DNA from: a virus
Taxonomy: Duplodnaviria > Caudoviricetes
Strand: one strand, 5' to 3'
Virus record (IMG/VR): IMGVR_UViG_3300037756_000021
Location: 1 to 34,762 of that record
Length of the DNA stretch: 34,762 nucleotides
The notes under the pieces were generated by a model. It was given only the letters and a program-made list of their open reading frames with translations, was not told the origin of the DNA and searched no databases. Of this stretch, positions 32,561 through 34,762 are shown in pieces. Position 1 is the stretch's first letter, and each line of letters starts with the position of its first letter. The position numbers and the translations under genes were made by a program.

Positions 32561-33227
32561 GTCCCTCACAACCGGCGGGAAAGTACACATCCGACGAGAA
32601 CCCCGTGACGCCCCAGACCGTGCGGTCACGCTTGGTCCCCGTGTTGGTGATCCGCGCCGTGACGGTGGTGACGACGCCGCGCCCGCCGTGTGAGCCCTCG
32701 ATGTCCGTGAGTGCCGGATCGTCGGGGGCGTAGCTCGCCCGTCCGCAGAACTCCCAGCGCCACGCCTTGAATGAGGCGTCCCACTTCGGCGAGAGCGGGA
32801 AACAACGGCCCTGCGGCGAGTAGCAGACCTCGACGGAATGCGTCGCCAGCGAGGTTCGCAGCGACAGCCCGAAGTAGCCGTAGGCGGCCATGCTCCACCA
32901 TGCCGTCGTGCCATTGCGGGTGGCATACACCGGGTTGAAGTCGGACACGATGCAGTAGCTCCCGCTCGCCGTACCGGGGTCGAGATAGCCCTGGATCGGC
33001 CCCCAGTTCAGGTGGTCGTTGACCGACCACGCGCAGGTCGACGGGTTGCGGATGAAGTCAACCGGCTTCGGCCAATCGTCCTGCTGCTCGATCCATGCCG
33101 TGCGTTGGCCGCTGCCGGGTCCTTCGAGGAACACGAACGGTGAGGGCTTCGCAGCCCCGACCGGCGCAGCGAGAGCCGCCACCATTACGGCGGCCAACGG
33201 CACGGAGAAGACCCGAACGTGTCTCAC
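32535..33227 (-). CDS. Secreted Cys/Trp-rich protein with Sec signal peptide
   Basis: MRHVRVFSVPLAAVMVAALAAPVGA|AKP; six Cys in the mature part. Confidence 0.72.
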   Translation of the reverse strand: MRHVRVFSVPLAAVMVAALAAPVGAAKPSPFVFLEGPGSGQRTAWIEQQDDWPKPVDFIRNPSTCAWSVNDHLNWGPIQGYLDPGTASGSYCIVSDFNPVYATRNGTTAWWSMAAYGYFGLSLRTSLATHSVEVCYSPQGRCFPLSPKWDASFKAWRWEFCGRASYAPDDPALTDIEGSHGGRGVVTTVTARITNTGTKRDRTVWGVTGFSSDVYFPAGCEGPTHDEVEP

Positions 33228-33249
33228 GGCACAACCTCGTCATGGGTCG
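33224..33249 (+). repeat. 26-bp direct repeat, copy B
   Basis: TCACGGCACAACCTCGTCATGGGTCG. Confidence 0.9.
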
Positions 33250-33499
33250 AGCCGTCGTCCTCGAGTTCGGTGTCCTCGTCGGTGTTCGGCTTCCCGCGCT
33301 GGATGGCCTGCTCGTCGCGTCGTGTCGTGATGGCGAGGCACGAGTTACAGGTCGGGTCGCCCCACGGCAACACGTCCCTGACGGGATCGCGGACCAGCCG
33401 GCCGCAGACCGTCTTCCATGTGTCGAGCCCACGGGTATGGAACGCCACCGGGTGCCACGACAATCCGGGGCGCTTGCGGGCGTACTGGCGGTCGGTCAT
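33224..33499 (-). CDS. Zn-finger microprotein with acidic tail (WH...VCG...CNSC)
   Basis: Coupled ORF. Confidence 0.68.
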   Translation of the reverse strand: MTDRQYARKRPGLSWHPVAFHTRGLDTWKTVCGRLVRDPVRDVLPWGDPTCNSCLAITTRRDEQAIQRGKPNTDEDTELEDDGSTHDEVVP

Positions 33500-34710
33500 G
33501 CCGCCACTCCCGTGCAGTCCTCAGCGGTGAACGGCAACGCCTGGCCGGCCTGTGTGTTGCTTCGGAACACGATCCCGTCGATCCGCTGGAACCGGACGCC
33601 CTGCGTGCCCACCTTTGAGGTGCGGTTGTTGGTGAACGTCCAGTTCGCCATTCGGGCCGGGCGCCCGATCCACGAGGCGAGGCCCGACCATGACGAAGGG
33701 GTATTCGGGCTGGGCGGGATGCCGCCCGTTACCTCGTTGCCGTCGATCGTCACGTTCTTGACGACCGCCCCGAGGCCCGCGAACTGCGAGGCGCAGCCGA
33801 CGAACCACTGCGTGAACTGCGGGTTGAGCCCGAACACGCCTGCGGTATTGCCCCGGAAGATGAGCCCGTCCACGCCCTGCGTGTCGGTGTCCATCTCGAT
33901 GTCGAGGAACATCATCCCGATCTGGTCGCCCGACGAATCCTCGATCAGGACCCGGCGCCCGGAGTTGACGGTGAAGCCCTGCCGGCCAATCCGATCCAAT
34001 GTCACGTCGTGGATCCACACGTCCTCGGGCCACTGCCCTGTGGTGTCCTTGGCGTTCATGTAGACGCCGTCGCCGAACGTCTTTCGGATGGTCAGGTTGG
34101 CGAGCTCGATCCGCTGGTCGCCGTAGATCGCGACGCCCTGCTGGTCCTCACCGCCACCGTAGATCGAGGTCCCGGTCTTCTGGTTGTTCCCCTCGAGCGT
34201 GCCGTTGAGCACCGTGATGTCCGAGTTGCCGCCATCTAGGAGGAACGGACTGGACGCGATCAGAACCGACGAGCCGATGCAGCGGATCGTCGAGCCGTTC
34301 AGGTCAAACACGAGGTTGTGCCGGCCGATCAGCTTGACCCCGCGATCGAGGGTGAATAGCGCTCCCGCCGGGAACAGGAACCGCGTGCCGTCAGGGGCCG
34401 CGTTGACCCGGTCCTGGATGCTGTCCGAGGCCGTCAGTGCGGCGACCGTCGTGGTGACGGGCGCTGGGAATGGGCGGGCGCTGGGCGGCGGTGGTGGTAC
34501 GGGTTCCGGTTCCGGCGACGGCGCGGGCTCCGCGAGCAGCGCCCGCAATCCGGCGACCTCGGCAGCGGTCAAGCCATCGGCGGCGGACGCCGGGTGCGGG
34601 TGGCCGTGGACGCCGCTCTGCGTTCCGGGGTGGCCTGTCGTGACGTGGTTGACGAGGTGGGCCGACTTCCACGCTTCGAGATCGGCGACGCGCTTGTTGA
34701 CGGTCGCCAC
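33496..34710 (-). CDS. Right-handed parallel beta-helix (pectin-lyase-like) protein
   Basis: SIQDRVNAAPDG...FDLNGSTI...GDGVY...RQGFTV..G repeats after a His-rich N-terminus and Pro linker. Confidence 0.82.
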   Translation of the reverse strand: MATVNKRVADLEAWKSAHLVNHVTTGHPGTQSGVHGHPHPASAADGLTAAEVAGLRALLAEPAPSPEPEPVPPPPPSARPFPAPVTTTVAALTASDSIQDRVNAAPDGTRFLFPAGALFTLDRGVKLIGRHNLVFDLNGSTIRCIGSSVLIASSPFLLDGGNSDITVLNGTLEGNNQKTGTSIYGGGEDQQGVAIYGDQRIELANLTIRKTFGDGVYMNAKDTTGQWPEDVWIHDVTLDRIGRQGFTVNSGRRVLIEDSSGDQIGMMFLDIEMDTDTQGVDGLIFRGNTAGVFGLNPQFTQWFVGCASQFAGLGAVVKNVTIDGNEVTGGIPPSPNTPSSWSGLASWIGRPARMANWTFTNNRTSKVGTQGVRFQRIDGIVFRSNTQAGQALPFTAEDCTGVAA

Positions 34711-34727
34711 GTCAGGCCACCCATTCC

Positions 34728-34762
34728 CAGACGAGTTCGTGCGGCTCGGAGGCAGTGCGGGC
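34728..34762 (+). repeat. 35-bp terminal direct repeat, copy 2
   Basis: Identical to 1-35. Confidence 0.97.

Larger units (their letters stand above)
1..34762 (-). mobile_element. Complete circular(ised) genome of an HK97-fold siphovirus, ~34,727 bp unique
   Basis: Terminase, portal, capsid, neck, tail tube, tape measure, lysis and replication genes are all present. The ends overlap by 35 bp and an ORF reads through the junction. No host genes seen. Confidence 0.96.

Noticed and set aside
34728-34762. 35-bp terminal repeat as physical phage termini or att core
   Set aside because: It falls inside a coding sequence, far from terS, and looks like an assembler overlap of a circular contig.

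Overview
The window is a complete, circularly assembled genome of about 34.7 kb (roughly 67-68% GC by eye) of a small HK97-fold siphovirus. A 35-bp terminal overlap joins the ends, and an 80-aa ORF reads across the junction. Essentially all of the ~60 genes are on the minus strand and are chained by ATGA/GTGA overlaps. The early arm (12012 to 837) holds a Cro-like HTH, many Cys-rich microproteins, a YqaJ exonuclease, an SSB-like protein, an AAA helicase, an iteron array, a VRR-NUC nuclease, an RlpA-like protein and a LuxR-type HTH. The late arm (694, through the junction, to 12263) holds the lysis/envelope cluster, HNH-terS-terL, portal, a protease-capsid fusion, neck, tail tube, a frameshifted chaperone, tape measure, tail/fibre proteins and a Tat-signal BNR protein. 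I found no integrase, CI repressor, polymerase, primase, tRNA or CRISPR array. The most notable signals are: (1) an AT-rich XerC/XerD dif-like site, with a second degenerate copy, in this integrase-less tailed phage; (2) HTH genes followed by operator-like DNA at three late-module boundaries; (3) an iteron origin embedded in a translationally coupled ORF; (4) a Tat-exported beta-propeller; (5) a secreted-protein gene flanked by 26-bp direct repeats; (6) internal ribosome-binding sites in the capsid and endolysin genes. The host is probably a high-GC monoderm (Actinomycetota or Chloroflexota), which is an inference only. All family assignments come from motif recognition, not database searches.
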